Part shown: positions 1 through 14,047 of the stretch, piece by piece
How positions within the stretch are numbered: position 1 is the first letter of the stretch
Layout of the letters: each line of letters starts with the position of its first letter
Source of the DNA: the human T2T-CHM13v2.0 reference genome, Homo sapiens
DNA length: 64,000 bases
Assembly (NCBI RefSeq): GCF_009914755.1
Contig: NC_060928.1
Strand: one strand, 5' to 3'
The notes under the pieces: model-generated
Told to the model about the DNA's origin: nothing
The model's database searches: none
Seen by the model: the letters and a program-made list of their open reading frames with translations, nothing else
Translations under genes and position numbers: made by a program

Positions 1-92
1 ATGAAAGATTTCTTATCAAGTCTAGCTGAATTTGGGCAATGTGTGACTCCTGACCATTTTTCAGTGATGTTCTTGGCCATAATATTCAGAAG

Positions 93-94
<2 letters not shown>

Positions 95-132
<38 letters not shown>
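95..132. repeat. (TG)19 microsatellite
   Basis: Perfect TG dinucleotide run. Confidence 0.97.
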
Positions 133-134
<2 letters not shown>

Positions 135-135
<1 letters not shown>

Positions 136-312
136 CCCAAGTAGCTGGAACTACAGGCGCCCGCCACCACGCCTGGCTATTTTTTTGTGCTGTTAGTAGA
201 GATGGGGCTTCACCGTGTTAGCCAGGATGGTCTCGATCTCCTGACCTCGTGATCCACCCGCCTGGGCCTCCCAAAGTGCTGGGATTACAGGTGTGAGCCA
301 CCATGCCTGGCC
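135..312 (-). mobile_element. Alu (AluY/Sc-like), left arm plus partial right arm
   Basis: Reverse-complement Alu ending ...CCATGCCTGGCC; GTGTTAGCCAGGATGGTCTCGATCTC is Y/Sc-type; 3' part missing next to the TG repeat. Confidence 0.9.
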
Positions 313-707
313 TATATTTTCTTTTCCAAAGATTTTTTAAGACCATTTGCTCTTGTCTTCTCCCTGTTAAGGATTATAGCTTTTTAAATAGCATAATGAT
401 CACTTAGCAACTAAAGAATTCCACACAGATTTATAAGATGAATCTGTTTACCAGATATATTAATCTAACTTGAAAACATTTTTTAGTACTTTATTTGCAG
501 GATGCTTTTTAGCATAAATGTTGTTGGAATGAATTTGGCCATTTCAACAGTCTTTATTTAAATCTGTTTTATAACTAAAATAATGTTAATGAGACGGTGG
601 TCTTTTCCTTCAAATAGAATGATAGGCAAGTGCAAGAATGTTAGAGATCAACTTGGTTGGTGATGTTTCTCTTTTGAGAACATGGACATGGGTTGTGAGT
701 CTGCTTC

Positions 708-855
708 ATGTAATCCCAGGCACTAGGGAGGCTGAGGCAGGAGAATCGCTTGAACCCAGAAGGTGGAGGGTGCAGTGAGCTGCACTCCAGCCTGGGGGAC
801 AGAGCAAGACTCAGTCTCAAAAAAAAAAAAAGAAGAAGAAGAAAAAAGAAAAGAA
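708..855 (+). mobile_element. Alu right arm (FRAM or 5'-truncated Alu) with A/GAA tail
   Basis: TGTAATCCCAG...GAGGCTGAGGCAGGAGAATCGCTTGAACC followed by poly(A). Confidence 0.88.
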
Positions 856-1452
856 ATGTAACATTGTAAAATGATAGTCCCTATGGAAGGCAGTATGACA
901 GCTCCTCAAAAAAGTAAACATAGAATTACCGTATTGATCCAGTAATTCCATTACTGGGTGTATACCAAAAAGAACTGAAAGCAAAGAATCAAGCATATAT
1001 TTGTACTCCTATGTTTATAGCAGCATTATTCACAACAGCCAAAAAGTGGAAGCAACCTAAGTGTCCACTGAAAGGTCAATAAATAAACAAATGTATGATA
1101 TACATACAATGGAACTTTAATCAGCCTCTGAAAAGGACATTCTGATACATGGTACAACATACATAAACCTCGAAGACATTATGCTAAGTGAAATAAGTCA
1201 ATCACAAATTGACAAATATTTATTATTCCAGCTCTACGAGGTCTCTAGAATAATCAAATTTATAGAAACAGAAATTAGAATGATGGTTGTAATGGGCTAG
1301 AGAAATGGGAAAATGGGGAGTTAGTATTTAATGGGTACAGAGTTTCACTATGGGAAGAAGAAAAATCCTGGAGATGGATGGTGGTGATGGCTGCACAACG
1401 ATGTGAACATACTTAATGACACTGAACTGTACACCTAAAAATGGTTAAAATT
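856..1452 (+). mobile_element. L1MA/MB-type 3' end
   Basis: L1M ORF2 end and 3'UTR motifs (AAGCAACCTAAGTGTCCA, GGATGGTGGTGATGG, GAACTGTACACCTAAAAATGGTTAA). Confidence 0.85.
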
Positions 1453-1528
1453 CTAAATATTAATTATGAAGTGAGCATTAACTAACATAGGCCATATTCT
1501 AGAGTATTAAAACTTAACTGGAACAGGA

Positions 1529-1828
<300 letters not shown>

Positions 1829-3094
1829 AAAACTTAATTAGAACATACTTAATGACACTGAACTGTACACTTAAAAATGGTTAAAATTCTAAATATTAAG
1901 TATGAAATGAGCATTAACTAAGACAGGCCATATTCTAGAGGATTAAAAAAGTCACAATAAATTTTAAATGGTATAATTCATATGAATTATTTTCTCTGAC
2001 TATAATAGAATTAAATTAGGATTCTAGAACAATATCTAGAAAATCCCTCAAATATTTTGAAACTAAATACACAAGTCTTAGTATTTTATGCATCAAAGAA
2101 GAAATCATAAATGAAAATAAGAAAGCAAATTCATCTGGATGAAAATTAAAACATCTCAAAATCTTTGAGAAGTAGCTAGGGTAGTATTTAAATGGAAATT
2201 CATAGCCCTAAGTGTCAATATTATAAAAGAAGATAAATTGCAAGCCAATGGCCTCAGGTTCTACTTAAGAAAAAGAGAAACAAATTAAAACTGAAATAAA
2301 GTAAGGGAATATTAAACATTGGGGTAGAAATCAATAAAATATAAAGCAGGAAAACAATGAAGAAAAAAATGAAATCAAAAGCTGGTTCTCTGAGACATTC
2401 AATGAACTGTTAAACCTCTAGCTAGACTTATTAGGAAAAAAATAGAAAAGACACAAATTTCTAATGACAAGAATGAGAGAGGTGGTACAATTATGATAGC
2501 TCTATTGACATTTAAAAAAATAAGAGAATTCTATTTGCAAATTATGTAAAATATGTGACAACTCAGAAGAAATATATAAATTTCTTAAAAGACACAACAA
2601 ACTAATGAAGTTCACTTAATAAGAAATAATAACCTGAATAACGAGATATCTATTAGGGAAATTGAATTTTAAACCTCCCCTTAAAGAAAATTCAAGGCCC
2701 ACATGTCTTCACTGAGGAATTTGACTAAGCATTTAGTGGAGAAATAATACTAATTCTGTTCAAATACTTCTAAGAAAATGAAGAGGAAATTCATATCAAC
2801 TCATTTTACAAGGCCAGCATATCCCTGCTACCAAGTGAAGACATTTGAAGAAAATTACAGACCAATATTCCTCAACATGGAGGAAAACTTTCTTGTTTTA
2901 TTAGTCCTGAGAGTTTATTTGAAGTAAGTCACAACAAAAAATAATAAATACTTGTGTTGTCTTGGTTTTACTTTCAGCCTGAAGTGTCTCAAGCAAAGAA
3001 AACCATGAGATAGAATAAAGCTGGATACATACGGACATAGAAACTGGTATTCTCCTTTACATCTTTCCCTTTCTTTCAATATCTTTTTCTCTCT

Positions 3095-3583
3095 TTATTT
3101 TAACTATTATTTTAAGTTCAGGGATACATGTGAAGAATGTGCAGGTTTGTTACATAGGTAAGCTTGTGTCATGGGGATTCATTGTACAGATTACTTCACC
3201 ACCCAGGTATTAGGCCTAGTACCCATTAGTTATTTTTCCTGATCCTCTCCCTCCTCCCACCTTCCAACCTCCAATAGGACCCAGTGTGTGTTGCTCCCCT
3301 CTATGTGTCCATATGTTCTCATCGCTTAGCTCCCAGTTATAAGTAAGAACATGTGGCATTTTGTTTTCTGTTCCTGCGTTAGTTTGTTAAAGATAATGTC
3401 TTTCAGCTCCATCCATGTCGCTGCAAAGACATGATCTTGTTTTTCTTTATGACTGTATAGTATTCCATGGTATATATGTACCACATCTTCTTTATCCAGT
3501 CCATCATTGATGGGCATTTAGGTTGATTCCCTGTCTTTACTACTTTGAATAGTGCTGCAATGAACATAGACGTGCATGTGTCT
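3095..3583 (-). mobile_element. Older L1PA/L1PB 3' end
   Basis: Reverse L1 3'UTR; ORFs 3403-3669 and 3326-3517 give ORF2 C-terminal peptides (DTCTSMFIAALF, KMWYIYTMEYY). Confidence 0.92.
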
Positions 3584-4288
3584 GGAAGTTGAATCCCACA
3601 ATATAGAAAAAGGTAACAAAAATAAAAGTGGGGTCTATCCCAGGAATGCAAGTTTAGTTGAAGATTCAAGAATCAATTAATGTAATTCATTATAATAATA
3701 GACTGAAGAAAAAAACATAATATCTTACCAATACACGCAGAAAAGTGGTTGACATATCCAACATCCATCCTTGATTTAAGTTAAAACTGAAAACTCTCAG
3801 CAAGCTTAAAATAGACGGGAACTTCCCTAACCTAACAAAAGGCATGTAGGTAAAACCTACAGCTGGCACACTTAGTAGTGAAAAATTAAATGCTTTCCCC
3901 TAAGTTCAGGAACCAGAAAAGGATACCCACTCTCATGATTTCTATTCAGCGTCGTATTAGATGTTCTAGCCAATGCACGAAGCTGAGTACAATAAATAAA
4001 AGACTTCCATATTAGAAGAAAAACTATGTTTATTCACAAATAACATGAGCATCTGTGTCGAAAAGTCAACGGAATAATAAAAGTTACTAGAACTAATAAG
4101 AGTTTTTCAGAGTCTAAAGATTTGAAACTAGTATATTAAAATTAATTGTATTTGTATATACATGCATAAATCTCAGAAATTGAAACTTAAAAAACAAGTA
4201 TTTAAACTAGCAGCATAGAATGTAAAATACTTAGGGATAAATCTCATGAAAATGTGTAAGATCTATACAGTGAAAATTGCAATACATT

Positions 4289-4737
4289 TATTTTTTAATT
4301 ATTTTATTTTATTATTATTATACTTTTAAGTTTTAGGGTACATGTGCACAATGTGCAGGTTTGTTACATATGTATACATGTGCCATGTTGGTGTGCTGCA
4401 CCCATTAACTCGTCATTTAGCATTAGGTATATCTCCTACGGCTATCCCTCCCCCCTCCCCCACCCCACAACAGTCCCCGGAGTGTAATGGTCCCCTTCCG
4501 GTGTCCAAGTGTTCTCATTGTTCAATTCCCACCTATGAGTGAGAACATGCAGTGTTTGGTTTTTTGTCCTTGCAATAGTTTGCTGAGAATGATGGCTTCC
4601 AGTTTCATCCATGTCCCTACAAAGGACAAGAATTCATCATTTTTTATGGCTGCATAGTATTCCATGGTGTATATGTGCCACATTTTCTTAACCCAGTCTA
4701 TCATTGTTGGACATTTGGGTTGGTTCCAAGTCTTTGC
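4289..4737 (-). mobile_element. Young L1PA (PA2-PA4-like), 5'-truncated 3' end
   Basis: Near-consensus L1PA 3'UTR; perfect TSD TGCAATACATT at 4278-4288 and 4738-4748. Confidence 0.95.
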
Positions 4738-5329
4738 TGCAATACATTGTTAAGAGAGATTAAGTAAGACCTAAATCGATGGAAAGATACATCAGTTCCA
4801 TGAGTTGGAAGAATTGTAATATGTCAATTCTGTGTACATTAACCACAAATTCAATGCAAACCAGGCAAAATCCAAGTAGGCAGATTGGTAGATATCAAAA
4901 ACCTGAATCTAAAATTGGTGCAGAAATCCAAATGTCCTAATGCAGCCAAAACAACTTTGAAAAAGAAAAAGAAATTGGAAAGACCTCTAGTAAGAACAAC
5001 ATGAACAAATGTCAAAGTGAAAGAAACTAGAAACAAAAGACTACATGTTATAAGATTTCATTTATTTAACAGACTTTAAAAAAACAGAAACTATAGTCAT
5101 ATAAAGCAGGTCAGTGGTTGCACGGGGTCTAGGCATTTGGAGGAGAGAATTAATTGCAAAGGGACACAAATGTATGTTTAAAATTTTACATACAGTAATG
5201 GTGATGGTGGTTACACCACTGTCTATATTTGTCAAAGCTCATCAAATTATATATTTAAACTAATGAATTTTATTATACAGTATTATACTAGAGCTAACCA
5301 AAATAAAAGTGAAAATCTCTGTGGGGGAA

Positions 5330-6530
5330 ACTATAGAGAAACATATACTCTTATATGTTGGTGGTAAGATTTCAGGACTGTTCAACCACTATGGAGAGAA
5401 GGTTAGTAATATCTAGTAAAATCACACATGCATATGTTCTCTGACTCAGAGTTTCTCCTTTTAGGAACCTATTCCAATGATACATTGACAAAAATATGAA
5501 ATGGTGTAGACACACAGCTATTCATTGCCAACAGTCCTTTAATAGTATCTTATACCATAAATTAAAGAATAATGAATAAACAAAGAATAATACAGCCATA
5601 ACAAAAAGACACAACAAAAAGTAGTCCATTCAGGTGGGTCATACTGGCCAAAGATGGAACAATCTGAGCATCGATTAAAATAACGGCTGCAGTGATTTGA
5701 AACCTATCAGTTTTGTTAAACTCCATGAGGTCAAAATGATACTTGAAATGTAGCTAACTGGTCATCTCAGAGAGATGCTATGGAGCCAACTCATTATTCT
5801 GAAAACTGATAAATAAAAGGAAAAGTACAGCATATTTCCCCCCAGTTCTGAATATACTATAACTTGAGGTAATTGAATAGTTGTGGAAAATTATTTTAGA
5901 AAAATTACACCTAAGAAATACAGAAAAGTATGATGGAATTATAATATGACTATTTTAAACCCCTCCTGAAAAAATAAATTTATTCAATTATCATTGTGGT
6001 TGCTAAAATAATTAGGTGGAGCCAGGCACAGTGGCAGGTGCCAGTCGTCCCAGTTACTCTGGAGACTGAGGCAGGAGGATCACTTGAGTCCAGGAGTTCA
6101 AATCCAACCTGGACAATATAGTAAGACCCCCATCTCTAAAAAGTAAAAATAAAATTATTATGGGAAATTCTGATGCAGATTATAACAATGGATAGACCAT
6201 AGTGAAAACACCTAAATCCACTGATCAACCTGAGCATTATTAAAATAAGCAATCTGACATTGTGGGTCTCTTGTTATAATGCAGTAGGAGTATTTAGCAT
6301 CACCTACAAAATATCCTTGCCAAATGTCAAACCTAAATCTCCTCAAGCCAATAGGTCTTACAAACTTTCACAAGATAATAAGAGAAACAGTAAATTATGT
6401 TAAACAAAACCATAGAGAAGTGGTCAGAAAACTGAGAATGGGAGAAATTCTATAGAAAAATGGTCAATTTTTAACAAACAAAAAATGCCGAGAGAGAGAA
6501 AGAGATGACCATAGGTTAAAAAGCTGAAGA
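5330..6530 (+). mobile_element. L1MC/MD/ME 3' fragments
   Basis: Degenerate L1M 3'UTR motifs (GCCAAAGATGGAACAATCTGAGCATC, CCACTGATCAACCTGAGCATT). Confidence 0.6.
6020..6153 (+). mobile_element. FLAM monomer
   Basis: Single Alu-like monomer with GAGGCAGGAGGATCACTTGAG and an A-rich tail. Confidence 0.85.
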
Positions 6531-7596
6531 AAACTTTAATTTCAAGTTAGGGTAGTTTGGAGCCGACCATTGCTCTTGCTGAGAAAAATCAAAACATTTG
6601 GATCACTCTCTCTCTCTTTTTTTTTTTTTTTTTTAAATGTTTAAAACATCAGAGAACTGCTAAAGTAACCCAGACTGGAAGAAACAATGGTAGAGAAGTC
6701 AGAAAACATGTTTCAGCCATTAATTCCCTGGGGAAATTTAATGGTTCTGCGTATAGAGAAAGAGCCTTAGAATCTAGGTTACGCCCAGGCAAAGAGACAC
6801 TGCGGAGATAAGAGAAACCAGCAGAGCATTTAACAGTTTTGTCAGGCTAGAGAGACAAAATTGCAGACATAAAGGGACAGGATCCAGGCAGGCAGTGGGT
6901 GAAGGATTAAACCTGAAACATGGCAAGTTTTTCTTTCAAGACATTTGGTGCATTCTAAATATGTACATGGTAGGAAATGAGAAGTTAGGCAGAAAATCTC
7001 TGAAAAGCAGAGTAGGTTTTCCAACAATCTCAGTAATGTAGGAATTACAGTTTAAAACCTACTAGATGGAGGGGGTCCCAACAAACACCACTGAACCTCA
7101 GTTGGAAACCTGGGAGGCCTTTATACTACAATCAAGGGTGACTGAGAGGTAAAAAAAAAAACACCCAAACTGAAACCCAGTATTGACTCATCTCACACTT
7201 TGAATTAATGTGATCAGGCCCACATTGTCAGCCAAGCAGAGAAAAGACTAAATTCTTTCTGGAAGAAAATAACATCATCTGGAGTCTATAACATTACTAG
7301 GCTCACCAAAAGAAAAGAGAGTGTAAATAAAAGTCAAGAAAAATAACATGATAGAAATACACCAACAAGTGATCCCAACATTGGAGTTATTAGTAAATTA
7401 CTTTAAAATGACCTTGAATGATATCTTTAAGAAAATATACATAAATTTACCAGAGCTTTTGGAATCTATTTTTTAAAAAACAAAGGTAAATTCTAAAACT
7501 GAAAAATAATAATAACTAACATTAGGAACTCAATACGTGGTCTGAGCAGATCAGACACAGAAGATGAAATTCTGAAACTAGAAGAAAGAGCAATAG

Positions 7597-7773
<177 letters not shown>

Positions 7774-8096
7774 TGAAAGAGGAAACAACTAACAGAAAAT
7801 AGAGAAAACTATAAGATGGGTACAGGATGAAGTGAAATGGCAAAATATAAATTTTCTCAGAATCACAGAAGCAGAGAACAGAAAGAAGCGCAAAAGCAAA
7901 ACTCGAAAAGATATTAGCCAACTCTGATACATAGAAGGAAAACCATACTGTATTTAGGCACATCATAGTAAAACTGCTTAAAACCAAGGACAAAAAGGGA
8001 AATATTAAATTTACTTAGAGAAAGAAAGAAATGTTAACCACAAAGCAATAACAATAAGACTGAGCTATTACTCTCGACAGAAATTGTGAAATTTAA

Positions 8097-8499
<403 letters not shown>

Positions 8500-9202
8500 G
8501 AAAATAACGTTTTTTAAACTGTAAAATAAAGGCACGACACTTTCTGACAAATACTGAGGTAATTTGTCGCCAGCAGACCTTTACTAAATAAATGGTATTG
8601 TTCAACCAGAAGAAAATGATCCCATATGGAAACACACATGTGTGGAAAAGAATGAAAAACACAGAATATGTAAATACATTAGTATATGTAAAGTAATATT
8701 GACAGTACAAATAGTGGCAATAATATTTTGTGAAACTTAAAATATTTATAGAATTAAAATCCATGGTGGCAGAAATGGAAAGACGGTAGGAGGTAAATGG
8801 GGTTAAAATGTGCAAAGGTTTTAACATTAGAGAAGTGGAAAATAGTAATTTGCATTAAACTAGGGTAAGTGAAGGATGCCAGCTATAATGTCTAATAACC
8901 ACTAAAAGACTATTAAAAGAAGTAATTAAGTAAATGTAGCAAACATATTTGATTACTTCAAAAGAAATCAAGACAGAGAAAAAGCAAAACAAAGCAGGTA
9001 TGCCAAATAGAAAATAAGACTACAGACATAAAAGCAAGTATACCAATAATTACATTAAATGCCATGAACTAAATGATTCTATTTAACAACAGTACTTGTT
9101 AGGTTGAATTGAAAACAAAATACAACTCTATGTTGCTAAGAAGAAATATACTATAAAAACATAAATTCGAAAAAGTTAAAAGTAAAAAGATACAGCAAGA
9201 AA

Positions 9203-9440
9203 ACAGGACTTCACTCCTACAACTTGCAAGGAACTGAATTTTGCCAACAACCATGTAAACTTCAAAAAGAACTCCAAGTATCTGATGAGAATATAGCTCT
9301 GGCCACACCTTGATCTCACCCTGCACAGAGGACACCATGCCTGGACTCCTAACCTACACAACTGTGAGCTAATACATGAGTGTCATTTTTAGCTGCTGTA
9401 TTTGTGGCAATTTGTTACACAGCAATAGAAAACTAATACG
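9203..9440 (+). mobile_element. MLT1 (D/E-like) MaLR LTR 3' part
   Basis: CAAGGAACTGAATTTTGCCAACAACC...TTTGTTACACAGCAATAGAAAACTAATAC. Confidence 0.8.
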
Positions 9441-9991
9441 TAACATGAATGTCCATCCAAAAATTAATTAATTAGTTGTGATATATTCATAATATGAAGT
9501 TCTGCACAGAAATGAGAATAAATGCATTATTGCTATATGCATTACCATGGAAGAGTCTCAGTAACATAATGCAGAACAAAATAAATTAGACACAAAAGAG
9601 TACCTGCATGAATCTATGCATTTCTAGAAAGTGCGTTTGTTGGGTTGTAGTAAAATCTCATATTTTCTTTGATAAAACTCTATATCTTTCATAAGATTCT
9701 CAAGCAAATCATGACCCCAAAAAGGCAAGGGTCACTGATGTAGATTATGTTAACTATGTACTTAAAAAAAATTAAATCAGCATAATTGCCTCAATTTTTA
9801 TTGTTGATGTAGCATGAGGACAGAATGCAATTTGTATTGTTTGGTATCTTTTAAGTTTTTCTTCTGCTAATTATCATCCTTAAATTCATAAAAAAGCAAC
9901 AAAGAAACTTAATGCTATGGAATTACAAACTGAGCGCAAGTGTAAATCTTTTGCAGGTTTTATCATTTTTGTCTTCAAGAAAGGAATCCAA

Positions 9992-10292
9992 GGCTAGGCA
10001 TTGTGGCTCAGGCCTGTAATCCCAGCACTTTGAGAGGTCAAGGTGGGAAGAACACTTGAGATCAGGAATTCAGGCCCAGCCGGGGCAACATAGCAAGACT
10101 ACATCTCTAAATAAAACAAACAATTAGCAGGGCACAGTGATGTGTACATGCAGTCCCAGCCTCTAGGAAGGCTGAGGCAGGATGATCACTCGGACTCAGA
10201 AATTCAAGTCTGCAGTCAGCTATGATCACACCACTGCACCCCAGCCTGAACAACAGAGTAAGATCCTGTGTCTTGAAAAGAAAAGGGAAAGC
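9992..10292 (+). mobile_element. AluJ
   Basis: Diverged dimeric Alu; TSD AAGAAAG(G/A)AATCCAA. Confidence 0.93.
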
Positions 10293-11624
10293 AAGAAAGA
10301 AATCCAATGTTCTGCAATTCTTTCTTATTCCCTCCCAGTCCAATCATGAATGTGCTGTCTGGGGTTGGTCAGATTCGAGGACACCAACTAGGCCTTCTCA
10401 CTGATGGGTAGAACCAATGCAAGTGGTAAGAGCTTGAGCTTTTCCTCTCACTCCCTTTGCTCTCTCTTTTCCCATGTGACAGCAACCAAGGATTGGGTCA
10501 TTTCAGGAGAATTATTTCTAGCAGAGGTCAGTATCAGACATCGCGAACAAATATATTCTCATTATGTACTATCTTTCTCTCTGGTACCCTCTCTCTGATA
10601 TTGACAGATGTCACCAGTTACTAGCTAGCTCAAAAAGGGATGTTCTATATAACATGCCCTGGGTTACTAACATATACTGCACCAAAATTTGTGCCTCCAA
10701 TCCAGAAGTTAATAAAGTGTTACCTTGGTTTTCTTCATTCATTGTTTCTTGCTCATGCATTTTCCTCCAGAGCCTTGTCAGAGAACATGGGGATGGTCAG
10801 GTACAGGATTTTGGTATTTCTGGATCCCAGGTTATAAAACTGTCTTCATACTGTAAGAAAATTTCACCCTATTTTCTGAAAGCTGTAGGTAATACCCAAC
10901 CTTTGCGTATTAAGACATACAGTCTTGACTTAAAAAATATTTATTTAGGGATTGATTTCTCACTCAAATAGTTTAGGAACATTCTCACGAATTCACTTTT
11001 GGAATGAGAATATCATATTTATGTTACACTCTCTCTGAAGAAATTGCATATATTCACATAGTGCTAACATGACACAGGAACTATGTTTGAATGTGTTTGT
11101 AGAAAATAGCTTTGACATCAAAACTTGCTCTTTAAAGCCAGGAAATTCATATTCATACTTAGAACATCATAGATGGATATAAGGACAGGTGGATAGAAAA
11201 TGCTAAAAAGTGCTTTACAGAGAGCAGAGAGTGTGTTTGAGAAATGTGAATCATTTTTTTAAATGTAAAAACCAAATGACCATTGCCTTAGTTTCAACTT
11301 TAGCCTCTGGGCAATTATCAAGCCTTTGCATTTTCCTGAGTTCCTTTTACTTTGCAGGGTTTCACATTCCATTTACTGCCCCAAACACATCAGCGAACTG
11401 TTTAATTCAATGATATAAGTTGTATTTTTGTATTAAAATAAACACCTTTGTCATTGATGACTAATTCAGGTAAGAAAAGCTTTTTGGTTTGGGATAAAAC
11501 TCATTAATTACCTAATGACAATGAAATTCAGTCATTAGCAGGGAAAGGAAATATTTCTAGGTGTTAGAGAAATTCATTTTAAATAACTTATGCTGTTTTT
11601 TTAGGTATACTACCTTTCCTATTC

Positions 11625-12688
11625 TGTAATACACACAAAAAATGGATTTTTTCCTGTTACACACCATTCAACACAAAACCACACACCAAAGCAATCACTT
11701 CTTCAACAAACATGAATGCTGGGTGTCCTTTGATTCCATTCAATTCTGACTCATCTACCTGGAGATAGCAGTTTGAGGGCTCAGTCCCACAGGACTGCCG
11801 TTTCAGATGCCAAATGCAAGTAATAGGTTATCACCTGTAGTTCTAACCACTCAGCTGTGAATCAGAGTTTTTATGACCCCTTCCTCATGTTTGATTAATT
11901 TGCTAGAGTGGATCACAGAAGTCAGAGAAATATTTATGTTTACCCGTTTATTATAAAGAACAATGGAAAGGTTACAGATAAAAGTCCAGATTGAAGAGAT
12001 GCATAGGGTGAGGTAAGGGAGAAGGGATACAGAGCTTCAAAGCCATCTCCAGGAACCTCCACATATTCAGCTCTCCAGAAGCTCCCCAAACCAAGATATT
12101 TTTAGTTTTTAGGAAGGCTTCATTACACAAGCGTGATGGATAGAATTATTGGCCACTGGCGATCAATTCAACCTTTAGCTCTTCTCCCCTCCCCAGAGGT
12201 TGAGATGTGGGGCTCAAAGTTCCAACTGTCTAATCATGCCCTGGTCTTTCTGGTCACCAGCCCCAATCCTGAAGCTACCTAGGGGTTCCCAAACCTAGTC
12301 ATCTCATTAGCATGACTAAAGGCACTCTTAGACACTCTGCCAGGGCCAGGCACAGTGGCTCACATCTGTAATCCCAGCACTTTGGGAGGCCGAGGCGGAT
12401 GGATCACTTGAGGTCAGGAGTTTGGGACTAGCCTTGCCAGCATGGTGAAACCCCATCTCTACTAAAACTGCAAAAATTAGCCAGGCGTGGTAGTGCACAC
12501 CTGTAATCCCAGCTACTCAGGAGGCAGAGGCAGGAGAATGGCTTGAACCCAGGAGTCGGAGGTTGCAGTAAGCCAAGATCATGCCACTACACTCCAGCCT
12601 GGGTGACAGAGACTCTGCCTGAAAAAAAAAAAAAAAGAAGCAGTATGCCAGGAAACTAAACACCAAATATATACTTCACAATATCGCA
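11625..12688 (-). mobile_element. MER21-family LTR, interrupted by an Alu
   Basis: Right end is the reverse complement of the recalled MER21 start (TGTGATATTGTGAA.TATATTTGG); internal GGGCTCAGTCCCACAGGACTGCC. Confidence 0.78.
12344..12636 (+). mobile_element. AluSx/Sz-like
   Basis: Full dimeric Alu with poly(A). Confidence 0.94.
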
Positions 12689-13092
12689 CCTACAAGATGG
12701 TAGATATTATGGTTTACCATTCAAAAAATAAAAATAAGCTTCAAATTGAAAACCAGGCTTATATACAATTTTGAAAAAGCAAATATCTCCCCATGAATTT
12801 TTATGGGGTGAGTGTATTAGAATTGCTGTTTCCCCTCTGATATGAATTAAATGGCTCCCATTTCAAATCCATTTTTGTGATTGAGGCATACTGGTAATGT
12901 TTTTTCTGACTCTAAATATAGTTTTATTTCAGCGAAGGCCTTGAAGTAAGTCCTCCAGTCACAAAGCATACTGGAAATTTGAGTGTGACTCAAGCTCATT
13001 GTGAAATGATGTTTACCAAGTTATGATTATAAGCAAAGTTAGTTACTCTGTTATAAAGAGAATGTTGCAAAGGCTAACAAGATTTTAAAGTA

Positions 13093-13419
13093 TAGGTTGA
13101 GTATCCTTTATCTGAAATTTTTGGAGCCAAAAGTTTTCAGAGTTCAGATTTGGTTGCATTTTGGAATATTTGCATATACCTAAGGAGATATCTTGAAGAT
13201 GGGACCCAAGTATAAACACAAAATGCATTATGATTCATACATACCTTGTACACATAGGCTGCAGGTAATTTTATAAAATACTTTAAATAATTTTATTAAA
13301 CATGAAACAGAGTTTGTGTTAAGCACTTTGGTATGGAATTCTCCACCTCTGGCATCATGTCAGGGCTCAAAAAAATTTTAGATTTTGTGATTTTGGATTA
13401 TCATTGGATGCTCAACCTG
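13093..13419. mobile_element. Tigger4/MER46-type non-autonomous DNA transposon
   Basis: TIRs AGGTTGAGTATCC...GGATGCTCAACCTG flanked by TA on both sides. Confidence 0.85.
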
Positions 13420-13744
13420 TATATATGTATATACAGGTATATATATATATATATATACACCTTCATAAAAATATTTTTCACAAATGTAATATAAATCAAG
13501 CTCCCTCAGGTTTTCTTATAAAACATTTTTAAACGTAGCTATCAAATGCTTCTCTGGATTAAGTAACATTATCTGAAATTTGTTTTACTCTACTACATTA
13601 TTGCTGGTAAATTATGATTTTAAGTACAATGATGTTGGCCAAAATTAAGGAGCTTTATAAGAAACTGGCATATGAAATTTATTTTATTTATTCTGGACAT
13701 ACTGTTGAGGGTAATTCTGACTCCATTAACTCCATTAAATAGTC

Positions 13745-14047
13745 TTTTGTTTTTGTTTTTGTTTTGTTTTTGAGACCGGGTGGTGCTTGTTGCCCAGGCT
13801 GGAGTGCAGTGACAAAATCATAGCTCATTGTAACCTTGGAGTCCTGGGTTCAAGCTATCCTCCTGCCTCAGCCTCTGGGACTTACAGCCATATGCCACTG
13901 CACTGGTCTTTTTTTTTTTTTAATTTTTGTAGACATGGGGCCTGGCTATGTTACCCAGGCTGGTCTTGGACTCCTAGCCTTACACAATCCTCCTGCTTTA
14001 ACCTCCCAAAGTGCTGGGATTACAGATTTGAACCACCACACCTGGCT
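13745..14047 (-). mobile_element. AluJ
   Basis: Reverse diverged Alu with (TTTTTG)n tail. Confidence 0.92.

Larger units (their letters stand above)
1950..5310 (+). mobile_element. Old L1M ORF2 to 3' relic, interrupted by younger L1s
   Basis: A-rich degenerate ORF2 motifs (AAAAGCTGGTTCT, ACAGACCAATAT, CCCAGGAATGCAAG, AAATACTTAGGGATAAATCT). Confidence 0.8.

Noticed and set aside
10564-10971. 135-aa plus-strand ORF
   Set aside because: No recognisable homology; the better splice signals here are on the opposite strand.
12933-12945. Possible 13-nt plus-strand microexon (TTTCAG|CGAAGGCCTTGAA|GTAAGT)
   Set aside because: Frame-shifting length, competing upstream AG and no host gene evident; expected by chance in 64 kb.
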